56,685 nucleotides of DNA from Bdellovibrionota bacterium (GCA_040402735.1 JBBALZ010000001.1:1-56685), one strand, 5' to 3'. Positions 19,501 to 28,975 are shown, counted from the stretch's first letter. Numbers and translations are program-made. The notes: generated from the sequence alone by a model not told the origin.

Positions 19501-19684
19501 CGTGATGGGGGCTGCCGGTAGCAAACGGAGGTCCATCGTAGAGGATAAACTCTGGCTTAGCAGCGCTCCGTTCAAGACATCGTTTAAAGGTCTTTTCCTC
19601 CTTCCACCGCTCTACAACCCCCCTCTCCAGCCCAGGAAAATGTGGTCGGGCCTCTACTTTTTTGAATGCTTGTAAACCTGTCAT
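16568..19684 (-). CDS. ileS: Isoleucine--tRNA ligase, type 2 (long, eukaryote-like form)
   Basis: 1038 aa with a HIGH-type motif (PHHGT), KMSKS, and a WCISR-like NISRSRYWATPIP. Confidence 0.95.
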   Translation of the reverse strand: MTGLQAFKKVEARPHFPGLERGVVERWKEEKTFKRCLERSAAKPEFILYDGPPFATGSPHHGTIFISALKDVVCRYKSMRGYHVPRAWGWDCHGLPIETIAEKNLGLKDKSEIEGTIGVSAFNNECRRIVSNFDQNWRVYIDRIGRWVDMESPYRTLDRSFMESVIWAFAEAHKKGLIYKDYRVAPYCYRCETSLALSEIRTDDATRPKQDRAITVKFALKELEGTSALAWTTTPWTLPSNLALVIGKEIDYAVVDSQVGRVLLAQKAIKRYERELGKDAQVVATYTGQQLLDMKLTYEPIFPYFEDHKGFMVLEADFVSTEDGTGIVHAAPAFGEDDYWTCRKSDIEVVNPVDTAGCFTAQVSDFAGQNVHDANPAVIKLLKSRDVVVRDETIEHNYPHCWRCRTPLIYRALDAWYFKVEAIREELLHANHEIAWHPDTVKYGRFGNWLENARDWNISRSRYWATPIPVWECEDCGSHKVFSSAAEIEQVAGHALADLHKEFLDQVVVPCSCGSSMHRVPEVLDCWFESGSMPYGQYHYPFENAEHFRGHFPADFIVEYTGQIRCWFYYLHVLSTALFGKPSFKNCMVHGTLLASDGKKMSKSLKNYTDPLELMDKYGADALRAYLFASPAVGIEDLVFKDEGVEGMVKSILLPIWNALSFFTAYTDVDQVRSDELSRSACELGELDRFILSEVEILNRSVTEYLEGYRINEAMRLFAPFLDTLNNWYIRRSRERVWSDDPRAPEKMSFYATLYDVLTRTVQMIAPLCPFISELVWERLGCNDSVHLTEWPATREQLIDDKLSAEIRTVREMVSAGLAIRAREKLRVRLPLASAKLAVKQGAAKDLDAYIPVLCGELNVKRIEFLADSSSIATVSAKVNARVLGPRLGGRVQEVIQKVRSGEFQVLSDGGVQVGDITLAAGEVEVGLSGKPGLAVESGAGFVIALDTAVTPELALEGKARDLVREIQDMRKEADLHIADRIKLTLQGAQDILGVHAAYIQSETLCVSIVTELSKPLIERTFDIEGQAIKVGLVRGEQ

Positions 19685-20185
19685 AACCTAACATTATTGA
19701 CCTATTTAGGGTGGGGAGTAAACACGGGGTCAGGAAGGATTTGGATCTGGCCCTCGAATCCGTATCCGGCAACTTTGTAATGGTCACAAACACGAGCAAC
19801 AATCTTATACGCAGTAAAGCGCCGCCGGCGTTTTGTTCGGGAGTTCAGCAGATTACCAGAATACTGCGAAGAGGCGACGTTTCAGCATTTGAATCGTGCC
19901 CGGATTGCCGCTTTATAGTAAGCCGGCGTGGCTATAACCGAGACGCTCGCAACACGCAGGTTCTGAAGGTAGGTTCACTCGCAGTACCTCTCTATTTTAT
20001 CCGCCGGGGAGATCGCACCAATATCGGAGATTCGAGACCGCGACTCCTATCCAGATCTAGCGGTAGCACAATACACAACCGGGACTATCGGAGTCTTTTT
20101 GGCGAAGCCAAATCCTTCACCCTGAATTATGCTCCCAACTGCTGAACTCGATACCGACTTTTAATTACAAAGCCTCAAGACGCCC

Positions 20186-22645
20186 TTATAGCGCACCTAC
20201 AGAGGGCTGTCCTGTGCGAGTTTTTGCCTTCTGAGGAATTGCTGCTTGCTTCCCTCCGCGTACCTCGAAAGCAAAATCCATAATCTTCTCCAACAGCTCG
20301 GTTGGATACAGAGGCACTTTCTCTGCCAATCCCTGGTGATAAAAGACGGTAGAGCCTGTGAGTCCAGGTAGGGTATTTGCCTCGATTACTATTACTTCAC
20401 CGGTCAGGCGATTGATAAAAGCATCGATACGCGAGTATCCTTCAATGCCGAGCGCGTTACCAGCAATCTCGATTGCCTTCTTAACTTTAGCGCATACACT
20501 TGGAGATACAAACTTGGGCGGAGGCGGCGTAATATTGACTCCGGTTCCACCCTGGAACTTCTCCTCCAAACTCAAAATATTGCCGCTGGCGACAGTAATG
20601 CTGGGGTTCATCGCCCGCAGTTTACCTTTGAAGCCTAAAACACCAACTGTTACCTCGACTATATCCGAGACCCGCTTCCATAGAAGCTGATTATCAACTA
20701 CTGAGACCCGGTCGCTTTCAATAAACGGCTCACAGATCAGGTAATCAACCCGCTCCGATGGCATCTCTACCATCGCCACCTGGTCAGTTAAGGTATTAGG
20801 AGGAATTACCTGATCCCGATGCAAGACGAAAGCGCAGTATCTCTTAAAATCATCGCTCGTAAAGAGTCGCACGATCCCCGCTGAACAACCATCTCCTCGA
20901 GGCTTGACGATCACTGTCTTAGAGCCAAGCTCCTTAACTAATTTATTCCAAACGTCACCCCAATCTGATTTGCCAATCTCTGCGATCTCATCGAACGCAA
21001 AAAGCTTCTTCGGTGCCGAGATTACTGCCCTATTCTTAAGATTTGAAATCACCCGGCCTGTCTCATATTTATCCATACAGAGCCGAGATGCTGCGGCGCC
21101 ACAACCATTGTAGACCACCCCAGCCTCCTCACACAGGCCCTGGATGACGCCATTTTCACCGATGCCACCATGAACAGTGTTAAAGATAGCGGGTGACGAT
21201 TTAATAAAGTCCTTTAGGGACATCGCCTTTGTTCGCGTGAAGGTCTCTGTTGCCTCGCCCGGTCTCAGCGCCAGCTGCCGAGCCACTGGCACAAGCATGG
21301 AATTCAATTTCTGCTCGACTTCTAGTTGCGTATTGCAGAGCTCCTGAATCTCCTCAACCGTGTGGCGTAACGTAAAATGATACGGCAATCGCCACACATT
21401 GTGATCACTATCGAGAAGAAACGGGATCGGTTCGTACTTCTTTGAGCGCCTCAATTTAAGCCAAACATTAGTACCACTCATGAGAGATACTTGACGTTCT
21501 GCCGTTGTCCCTCCAAATAAAACGTGGACGCGGCGCTTCTTGGAGCCGCTTGACATCTCGCTGGATTCCTTCCATTCCAATCCGTGGCGCCGGCACGCCG
21601 AACGCACGACGAATCTCACCGCATCCCGGTGACTCATTCCCAACTGAGAGCAACCGATAAAGAAGAAACTATTCTGCTCCATACCACTGATCGGGTTGAT
21701 GTCGGAGAACAGAATTTCTCCACTGTCTAAAATCCAACCGTCAATTCTCAGAAAGTCGCGGAAACCAAACAACGAGAAAATCTGCTCTGCTTGGCTTCGA
21801 ATAGAGTCAGTTACCTCAGCTGAAAATCGTGGGGGCATATGGTAGGCGACTTGATTCGACGCCAGATACTTCCTGCGGTAATCAAGAATCTCGCCCTTTT
21901 GATAATTGGCCTCTATATCTATCGGCAAAAGTGAGACGGCTTGGCCGAAGCGATTTTGTAAAATAACTGTCGTGAATTCCACTCCAGAGCAAAATGGCTC
22001 GACCAAAACCTCTTTAAAGTATCTTCCCGCAAATAGCGTATTAATAGCCTGCACTGCTTCTTGCGCGGAGCCCACGACATGAACTCCTATGCTCGATCCT
22101 CCCTGCACAGGTTTCACAACGGCTTTGCCTTTGCATTCCTTGACAAGAAACTGAGAGATCGCTCGATGATCGAGTTTCTGTCCCTTTTTAAAGTGCAGCG
22201 CTGGGAGTGTGTAAAAACCCTCTTTCGCAAGACGTTGGCGCGCCGTGATCTTATGCCAGGCCTGACTACATGCATTCGAGCTGGGGCCAACGGTTTTAAC
22301 CCCCCATTTCTCAAGCAACCCTATCAGCTGGCCGTCATCCCCAAACGCGCCGTGAATCAAGGGAAACGCGAGATCAACCTTTTTTAGCTCGCGCTCGAGA
22401 CCAGCCATCGAAAGGGGGCGAGCTGAGTGCGATAGCTTAAAGTCGAAATCCGATGGAGTATTAGAGTACAGCTGTGCCCGCGAAACCTGGTAAGGTTTAC
22501 ATGCGTAATCGAAATAAAACGGAACTACATCGACATCGGAGCCAGAGAGATGGTCGCAGACGGATCGAGCCGAGTTAAGAGATATTCCACGCTCGGGTGA
22601 AGGACCGCCACACAGTAGCGCCACAGTGAGTCTCTTTTGCTTCAT
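20186..22645 (-). CDS. ddl: Tandem two-domain D-alanine--D-alanine ligase family protein (Ddl-Ddl fusion)
   Basis: Two complete ATP-grasp Ddl-like halves. Half 1: LLCGGPSPERGISLNSA, HGAFGDDGQLIGLLE, KPVQGGSSIGV, RIDGW..SDINPISG. Half 2: VLFGGTTAERQVSLMSG, HGGIGENGVIQGL, KPRGDGCSAGI, RIDAF..IEANTLPGLT. I prefer the ATG at 22645 (AGGAAA upstream); the ORF could extend to 22681. Confidence 0.85.
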   Translation of the reverse strand: MKQKRLTVALLCGGPSPERGISLNSARSVCDHLSGSDVDVVPFYFDYACKPYQVSRAQLYSNTPSDFDFKLSHSARPLSMAGLERELKKVDLAFPLIHGAFGDDGQLIGLLEKWGVKTVGPSSNACSQAWHKITARQRLAKEGFYTLPALHFKKGQKLDHRAISQFLVKECKGKAVVKPVQGGSSIGVHVVGSAQEAVQAINTLFAGRYFKEVLVEPFCSGVEFTTVILQNRFGQAVSLLPIDIEANYQKGEILDYRRKYLASNQVAYHMPPRFSAEVTDSIRSQAEQIFSLFGFRDFLRIDGWILDSGEILFSDINPISGMEQNSFFFIGCSQLGMSHRDAVRFVVRSACRRHGLEWKESSEMSSGSKKRRVHVLFGGTTAERQVSLMSGTNVWLKLRRSKKYEPIPFLLDSDHNVWRLPYHFTLRHTVEEIQELCNTQLEVEQKLNSMLVPVARQLALRPGEATETFTRTKAMSLKDFIKSSPAIFNTVHGGIGENGVIQGLCEEAGVVYNGCGAAASRLCMDKYETGRVISNLKNRAVISAPKKLFAFDEIAEIGKSDWGDVWNKLVKELGSKTVIVKPRGDGCSAGIVRLFTSDDFKRYCAFVLHRDQVIPPNTLTDQVAMVEMPSERVDYLICEPFIESDRVSVVDNQLLWKRVSDIVEVTVGVLGFKGKLRAMNPSITVASGNILSLEEKFQGGTGVNITPPPPKFVSPSVCAKVKKAIEIAGNALGIEGYSRIDAFINRLTGEVIVIEANTLPGLTGSTVFYHQGLAEKVPLYPTELLEKIMDFAFEVRGGKQAAIPQKAKTRTGQPSVGAL

Positions 22646-22864
22646 AGCTTTCCTTGTGGGAGGCTGCTTAGCCTCTTGCATAATTTTGGTTGCAGATTAG
22701 GCTCTTATCGGAGTAGCTTCGTTTGGAGACTCCGAGCATCGAAATCGTGTCTAATGTTAGGCTATTATGGGGTACTTCGCCAGTGGCATGGACACGCCGA
22801 AAGAGCCTGAGCTGTGGTTTTTTCTGCATCCGGCAATCACACTGAGAAACGAGAGGAGGGTAAG

Positions 22865-24289
22865 ATGCTTTCTTTAACAAAGACCGAGGTCGTCCGAATT
22901 CTCGGCGGAGAGGCCCTCACGCCAGGGGGCGAGATCGCCATTGAAGGGGTTGAGTTCGACAGTCGATTAGTTCGAAAAGGGGTTCTTTTCGTGGCCCTTC
23001 CAGGAGAGAAGGTCCACGGACACGCCTTCATTGAGGATGCGGTATCAAAAGGGGCATCTCTCTGCCTAGTAGAGGACCGTACGTTACTAGAAACGAGCCC
23101 GGTGGCCGAACGACTGGTAGCTGTCCCAAACTCACTTGAAGGGCTGCAAGCGCTCGGAAAGTACGCAAGAAATCTTTTTAGGGGGCCTGTCATCGGGATT
23201 ACCGGCACGATCGGCAAGACAACTACCCGCAACATCCTAGCTGGCATCTTAGCCGTAAAAGGCGCTGGGAAAAGGGGTGTGAATGCCTCAAAAAAGTCGT
23301 TCAATAATCACATCGGAGTGCCTTATACCCTTAGCAATTCAGATAAAGATGCTGCATATACCGTTCTCGAAATGGGCATGAATCACCCTGGCGAACTGAC
23401 AGCTCTGTCGAAAATCGCTCAGCCGGATGTCGCCATCATTACAAATGTAACCCCCGTTCATATGGAGTTCTTTAGAGACCTCCATGAAGTTGCGGCTGCT
23501 AAGTGTGAGATATTCTCTAACCTTAGGCCTGGTGGAACGAGAATTATCAACATCGATGTTCCCGAACTGGTGCGTGGATTATCTCAGTTAGACCAGACCT
23601 CCCAGGCTATACCGAACCAAGGAGTCAGGACTTTCACACTTGGTACGAGCGATGCTGCCGACTATCGAATTACGAAAGTAGTTGACGAACTCACTGACGG
23701 ATTTTCACTGGAGATGAAACTAGGAGCCAAAGCGATACGGGTGCAGGTGCCCATGATCGGGGACTACAACGCTATTAATGTCGCCGCCGCCATAGCATGT
23801 GCAGCGCATGTAGCTCCCGATCTGACTCAGGATGAGATTCAAAGTGCCTTGGATACAATTCAGCCAGAGGCGCACCGCCTTAATCTGATTGAACTCAGCT
23901 CGGGGAAGGATATCCTCGATGATTGCTATAACTCCAGTCCAGCTGCCATGCTCAGCGTTCTCGGACTCCTCTCCAAGTGCAAAGCTCGTGGAAAGTCAGT
24001 TGGATTGGTGTTGGGGGGTATGCATGAGCTGGGCGAACACGCTGAACACTATCACCAACGCATCTCCAGAGAGATTCTTACACTAGCGCCTGCATTCTGC
24101 TTTATCGTTGGAGATATTGGTAAGCACTTCCTATCAACGCTTAACCAAGCAGACTTCCCAGTGAAATGGTTTGCTAGTCCTGCTGAAGTAGTCGAGCCGG
24201 TTCTAACAAGCGCCTTTGATCTGGCGTTAATTAAAGGCTCACGTGGCGTACGACTCGATATATTGATTGATGCGTTGATTCAAAAGTAG
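22865..24289 (+). CDS. murF: UDP-N-acetylmuramoyl-tripeptide--D-alanyl-D-alanine ligase
   Basis: GITGTIGKTTT P-loop and Mur-ligase architecture. ATG at 22865 is preceded by GAGGAGGG. Divergent from ddl. Confidence 0.92.
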   Translation: MLSLTKTEVVRILGGEALTPGGEIAIEGVEFDSRLVRKGVLFVALPGEKVHGHAFIEDAVSKGASLCLVEDRTLLETSPVAERLVAVPNSLEGLQALGKYARNLFRGPVIGITGTIGKTTTRNILAGILAVKGAGKRGVNASKKSFNNHIGVPYTLSNSDKDAAYTVLEMGMNHPGELTALSKIAQPDVAIITNVTPVHMEFFRDLHEVAAAKCEIFSNLRPGGTRIINIDVPELVRGLSQLDQTSQAIPNQGVRTFTLGTSDAADYRITKVVDELTDGFSLEMKLGAKAIRVQVPMIGDYNAINVAAAIACAAHVAPDLTQDEIQSALDTIQPEAHRLNLIELSSGKDILDDCYNSSPAAMLSVLGLLSKCKARGKSVGLVLGGMHELGEHAEHYHQRISREILTLAPAFCFIVGDIGKHFLSTLNQADFPVKWFASPAEVVEPVLTSAFDLALIKGSRGVRLDILIDALIQK

Positions 24290-24335
24290 CTCGTATACCC
24301 CTCTGAGAATCATGGCATCTCAAGGGCCCGGAAAC

Positions 24336-25484
24336 CTACGCCCCTTTGAGCAACTCGCGTGCAATCACTACCCTCTGTATCTGACTAGTCCCTTCGTATA
24401 TCTGCAATAACTTTGCATCACGCATGAGCTTCTCGACCGGATACTCCTTGGTATAACCGTATCCGCCATAGATCTGCACAGCATCGGTAGCTACACTCAT
24501 CGCGGTATCCGCTGAGACTCTCTTGGCCATACTCGACTCAATCGATGCGGATTTGCCCTGGTCAAGTAACCATGCAGCACGCCAGGTGAGCAGCCTCGCT
24601 GAATCTACCCCAGTTGCCATATCAGCCAACATAAATTGAATGCCTTGGAACGTCGATATCGCTGCCCCGAACTGCTTCCGCTCCTTAGCATACTGCACCG
24701 CGTGTTCACACGCTGCACGACCGATACCCACTGCAATCGCCGCTGTCATCGGCCTGCTGGCATCGAGGGTCTTCATGGCGATCGCAAACCCCTCACCCAC
24801 CGCTCCTATCATGTGATCCTTAGGAACTCTAACTGCATCAAACGTAACTCGACACGTATCCGAGCAGCGCTGCCCCATCTTATTCTCGTGATTTCCGACC
24901 GAAACTCCTGGTGTTCCCTTAGGGACAACTAGACAACATATCCCTTTATGCTTCTTTGACTTATCGGCCGTTGCAAACACAGTGAATTGAGAAGCATAAC
25001 CCGCGTTGGTGATCCACTGCTTGGAGCCATTTATAATCCAGCAGTCACCCCCGTCCTCCACAGTTGTCTGCAACCCAGCGGCATCGGAGCCTGCGCCTGG
25101 CTCTGTGAGACAGAATGATGCTAAAGCACCCGACTCAGCGAGCGGTTTGATAAAACGCTCCATCTGCTCCTTGGTTCCACCGATTCGAATCGGCGTTAAC
25201 GCCAGGTCGTTTGCCACCATCGATGTTGCAAATCCTGAGCAACCCCAGGCGATCTCCTCTATAACAAGACAGGCATCAAAGATCGACAAGCCTGAACCGC
25301 CACACTCTACGGGCAGAGTAAGATTAATCAAACCTAGGGAATGCCCCTCTTTAATAAGCGACAACGGAAACTCAGCCCGATCATCAAGCTCTGGAGCCTT
25401 AGGGCGAATTTTATCAGCTGCAAACCGATATGCTATATCACGTAATGAATCTTGTTCCGATGAAAGTCCTGCTAAGGGGATCAT
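24336..25484 (-). CDS. Acyl-CoA dehydrogenase
   Basis: 382 aa with ACAD family motifs (CLTEPGAGSD, QIYGGYGYTKEYPVEKLMRDAK). Confidence 0.92.
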   Translation of the reverse strand: MIPLAGLSSEQDSLRDIAYRFAADKIRPKAPELDDRAEFPLSLIKEGHSLGLINLTLPVECGGSGLSIFDACLVIEEIAWGCSGFATSMVANDLALTPIRIGGTKEQMERFIKPLAESGALASFCLTEPGAGSDAAGLQTTVEDGGDCWIINGSKQWITNAGYASQFTVFATADKSKKHKGICCLVVPKGTPGVSVGNHENKMGQRCSDTCRVTFDAVRVPKDHMIGAVGEGFAIAMKTLDASRPMTAAIAVGIGRAACEHAVQYAKERKQFGAAISTFQGIQFMLADMATGVDSARLLTWRAAWLLDQGKSASIESSMAKRVSADTAMSVATDAVQIYGGYGYTKEYPVEKLMRDAKLLQIYEGTSQIQRVVIARELLKGA

Positions 25485-25526
25485 TTGTGCTCTTAGAAAT
25501 ATCAGCCCTAATCTATTGGCCCTCTA

Positions 25527-25560
25527 AACAAAAGAGGCGCTACTAGCGCAGCGCCTCTTT
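25527..25560 (-). terminator. Intrinsic terminator downstream of the IclR-family gene
   Basis: On the minus strand: AAAGAGGCGC-(10-nt loop)-GCGCCTCTTT followed by TGTTT. A GC-rich stem plus U-rich tail, 25 nt after the stop codon. Confidence 0.6.
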
Positions 25561-25585
25561 CCTCGACAGTACAAATGACCCGCAC

Positions 25586-26455
25586 CTACTTTGAGCTGCG
25601 AGTGGCCATTGATACGGAGTTAGTCGTTGATGTCGTTGCACCAGCCGGCAACTGTGTTGAGGTTGACGCTGATTGAGATGTAACCACCTCTTTCTCAATC
25701 GCAGCAGCGCTTGAATTCTTGCCTGCCCCCAGAGCGATTGAAAGCCTATGAGCTGCCTCTTCTATCTTCGGGATCAAAGCGTCAATCTTAGCCCTATACA
25801 GCGGCACTAGGACCTCTATCGCACCAACAACCTCGTTATTATTACCTCTTACTATTCGGCATATAGAGACAACGTCAGCTTCAATAGCTCCGCGATCTAC
25901 GATCATTCCTGAGCTTCTAAGCTCAGCAAGTTGAGTCTTAATCGCAACATCTTGAACTGTGTTCGAGGCTAATATCTCAGCTAGAATTGGATCCGGTAAT
26001 TGAGCTGTTAGGAGTCGCCCTGCTGCGTTAAGCTTGGCCGGAAAGGACACCGCAACTCTTGGCGCAACTTTGACCGGTCGCTTAGACTCGATACTGATTG
26101 GAAACTGGACATTGCTACCCTGCAAAATTACCAGACTTACCGTCTCACCTATTGCATCAGCAAGCTCCTTCAATATTGGAGTCGCACGACTAACAAGGGT
26201 GCTCTGAAACAGGTACGACTGACCCATCTGCAGCACCTTAACTCCCAATCTGTAGTCCTCTGTTTCTTTGTTCTGCTCTACATACCCTCGGAGCTCAAGC
26301 GTAGCTAGCAAGCGAAAAACGTTATTCTTGTGAAGCTTAAGGCGCTTAGATAACTCAGTAACTCCGACCTCGCCATTTTCTTTGCACAGCTCTTCGATTA
26401 CTTCTAGTGCATGCGAAACTGACTGGATCATGTAATTCGATTTCTCGCGCTTCAT
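25586..26455 (-). CDS. IclR-family transcriptional regulator
   Basis: N-terminal HTH (VTELSKRLKLHKNNVFRLLATLELRGYV) plus an IclR effector-like domain. S/T-rich C-terminal tail. Confidence 0.85.
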   Translation of the reverse strand: MKREKSNYMIQSVSHALEVIEELCKENGEVGVTELSKRLKLHKNNVFRLLATLELRGYVEQNKETEDYRLGVKVLQMGQSYLFQSTLVSRATPILKELADAIGETVSLVILQGSNVQFPISIESKRPVKVAPRVAVSFPAKLNAAGRLLTAQLPDPILAEILASNTVQDVAIKTQLAELRSSGMIVDRGAIEADVVSICRIVRGNNNEVVGAIEVLVPLYRAKIDALIPKIEEAAHRLSIALGAGKNSSAAAIEKEVVTSQSASTSTQLPAGATTSTTNSVSMATRSSK

Positions 26456-26602
26456 ACCTAACGTCCTTTAGACTATTTTACCTAACAGTGGACTATTTTT
26501 CCCACTGTAGCTCTCTTAATACTTGACTTTTACTGCTCTACTACAGGGCTTATAACAGGGGGGCTACTAAAACGCAACGCACTATTTTTACGGAGGTATT
26601 TA

Positions 26603-27358
26603 TCAGGCTGCCATAAGCTCAAGAGCCGAGTAAACACCCGTGGGCATTCCCAAGAGTTTAAAAGCTAAGGCAACTGCCCCCTGGCCAAACACAGACCGAC
26701 TGCTGACACGGTGAGTAACCTCAAGGCGCTCGCCGTTTCCTAAAAAAAATACAGTGTGGTCACCAACCACATCGCCCCCACGAAGCGCTACCACCCCGAT
26801 CTCTCCTGGGTTACGCTGCCCCTCTCGGCCAAATACGACCTGTTGAGACTCATTAGCTAATACCTCCATAACCGAACGTGCAGTTCCTGATGGCGCATCC
26901 CTCTTCATACGGTGGTGGATATCTAGCACCTCTATATCAAACGATCCCCCGAGTAACCCTTTGGCCTCTGCTGCGAGCTTACCTAGTACAGCCGCCCCTA
27001 GTGATGTATTTGGCGTAATGCCAAGCGCCGTCTGAATGCCGCAACTTTCCAACGCCCTACGCTGCTCAGCCGAATGCCCGGTAGTCGCTATCAATACGGG
27101 GACCTTGTGACTAGCACACCACTGGGCAACTCGCAGCGAGGTTTCGGCGTTAGTAAACTCAATGACGACATCGGCACCACCTAGCGCATCGAGCTCGCCA
27201 GAATACCGCAGTCCTGTGCCTACGACATCATGCCCCACGCTTGCAGATCTAAGGGAAACAACCGCCGCGTGAAGGATTGAATCATCACGCCCCTGTAGCG
27301 CCTCAACGACGTAACGCCCCGTGCGGCCCGTGGCGCCGACCACACCGACTCGAATCAT
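26603..27358 (-). CDS. dapB: 4-hydroxy-tetrahydrodipicolinate reductase
   Basis: VGVVGATGRTG Rossmann start and the EVLDIHHRMKRDAPSGTA signature. Overlaps dapA by 4 nt. Confidence 0.93.
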   Translation of the reverse strand: MIRVGVVGATGRTGRYVVEALQGRDDSILHAAVVSLRSASVGHDVVGTGLRYSGELDALGGADVVIEFTNAETSLRVAQWCASHKVPVLIATTGHSAEQRRALESCGIQTALGITPNTSLGAAVLGKLAAEAKGLLGGSFDIEVLDIHHRMKRDAPSGTARSVMEVLANESQQVVFGREGQRNPGEIGVVALRGGDVVGDHTVFFLGNGERLEVTHRVSSRSVFGQGAVALAFKLLGMPTGVYSALELMAA

Positions 27359-28242
27359 AACTTAAACTCCGCCTTGATCATCTCTAACGAAGTTGGTGAC
27401 ACCTCAACAAGGGGCAGCCTGACCGTTGCATGAGCGATTACACCTTTTAACGCTAGCACTGTCTTTACTGGCACAGGGTTGGTTTCGATGAATAGTGCTC
27501 GCAAGCGACCTAAGATATCTAGCTGCACCCGTTTGGCCTGCTCGGGATTACCATCCTGCCAGGCACGCACTAATGCAGACATCTCTGCCGGAAGTGCGTT
27601 AGCTGCTGCTGAGATCGCACCGACACCACCGTATGCCAAGACCGCCAGGGTAAGAGAATCATCACCCGTAACAATCTGGCAATCAGGACTAACACGGACC
27701 ACCGTATCGGCTAGCGCATCTATTGAGCCTGATGACTCCTTAATACCGATAATTAAACCCTCATGGCTAAGGATGCCACAAGTCGCCGGAGCTATCGCTA
27801 CTCCGCTTCTCCCTGGGATGTTGTACCCAACTATCGGCAGCGAAGTAGCCCGCCGTATTGCCCGAAAGTGCTCTATGATACCAGCCTGTGAGGGTTTGCT
27901 ATAAGGAGGTGTCGCTACCAGCACACCATCGCACCCCACCTCTTCAGCGTAGCGCGCGAGCTCTACCGCCCTTGCAGTTGAACTGACTGAAATACCACTC
28001 ACACACGGCATTACTCCCTGGGTACGCTCCCGCACAAACCGCACCACCTGAGCATACTCTGCATCGCCTAGTGTTGCCGCCTCCCCTGTTGAGCCACAAA
28101 CTACTACCCCGGCGACACGGCCTGCGCGCTGGCACTGAAGCAACGAATCGAGTGCGGCATAATCCACAGCGCTGCCGTCCTTACTAAACGGAGTAACTAG
28201 AGCTGTGTAGACTCCATGCAGATTAAGTGAATTTTTACTCAT
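27355..28242 (-). CDS. dapA: 4-hydroxy-tetrahydrodipicolinate synthase
   Basis: 295 aa with the motifs TALVTPF and GSTGEAATL and the active-site region IGIKESSG. Confidence 0.93.
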   Translation of the reverse strand: MSKNSLNLHGVYTALVTPFSKDGSAVDYAALDSLLQCQRAGRVAGVVVCGSTGEAATLGDAEYAQVVRFVRERTQGVMPCVSGISVSSTARAVELARYAEEVGCDGVLVATPPYSKPSQAGIIEHFRAIRRATSLPIVGYNIPGRSGVAIAPATCGILSHEGLIIGIKESSGSIDALADTVVRVSPDCQIVTGDDSLTLAVLAYGGVGAISAAANALPAEMSALVRAWQDGNPEQAKRVQLDILGRLRALFIETNPVPVKTVLALKGVIAHATVRLPLVEVSPTSLEMIKAEFKL

Positions 28243-28278
28243 AGACTCCCTTAAATCACTCGCACAGGGTTTGCAAAC

Positions 28279-28932
28279 TTACTGCGGCGCCGCAAGCAGA
28301 GCCTGCTGGTTCATAATCTCCTCTGATAGATTCAGAACGATTGTGCTTTTCTCTCCCTGGAAAATCACCTTGACAACTTGTCCGACCTGCCCCTCAACAC
28401 CTCCTTGGTTCTGGGGCACGATCTGATAGACATACGTCTTACCAATCACCGGGGTCGAGTCCGTAAAAGTAAACTTCATCTTCTCCTCCGGAGCTTTTAC
28501 TGTCCTTCCGATCTTACCTGCAGCACGAGCCTCTTCACGCAGCTGCTCCCGAACCTCTACATGCGTGTCTTTTAAAAAACCAAGCTTCTCATATTCCACC
28601 TCCGGATCGGTCTCATCTCCACGATGTACCAGCTCCTTCCTCTCGACTGAGTAACCCTCAGCAGACTTAAGCTCCTTGCCCCTGCGATCCTTATCCGACG
28701 CAACCCAGGTGAACATTACGCTCTTGTCTGTTGTAGTAACCACTAGGCCCTCTACAGCCGCTGGGGCAAGTTCCTCAGGAGTCAGTGGAGCTTGATAACG
28801 ACCACAGGCACTAAGGCTTATAAGTATCATCCAGCAAGCTAGTGTCAGAGAGCTAGTAAACCTGCTTGTTGGAGCCGCACCTGTACGACCCGTGCCAGCA
28901 GAACTGAGAAATAAATTACAGATACCCATCAA
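28279..28932 (-). CDS. Hypothetical lipoprotein
   Basis: Lipobox-like LSLSAC after a hydrophobic segment. No recognisable family. The true start may be an internal Met. Confidence 0.55.
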   Translation of the reverse strand: MMGICNLFLSSAGTGRTGAAPTSRFTSSLTLACWMILISLSACGRYQAPLTPEELAPAAVEGLVVTTTDKSVMFTWVASDKDRRGKELKSAEGYSVERKELVHRGDETDPEVEYEKLGFLKDTHVEVREQLREEARAAGKIGRTVKAPEEKMKFTFTDSTPVIGKTYVYQIVPQNQGGVEGQVGQVVKVIFQGEKSTIVLNLSEEIMNQQALLAAPQ

Positions 28933-28975
28933 CTTTCTCCATCCTGCGAGCTCTCACTGTCACGCTTGCTAAACA

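Noticed and set aside
19711-20145. A 144-aa ORF filling the ddl-ileS spacer.
   Set aside because: No RBS, odd composition and no recognisable motif. More likely non-coding (see the finding on this spacer).
19685-20185. RNase P RNA, tmRNA, SRP RNA or a T-box leader in the ileS upstream region.
   Set aside because: There are only isolated 8-10-nt resemblances, in the wrong order. I saw no GGAGGAAAGTCCGGGC-type P4 strand, no tRNA-like CCA end, no GGAA-capped SRP helix 8 and no T-box sequence. It needs Infernal to settle.
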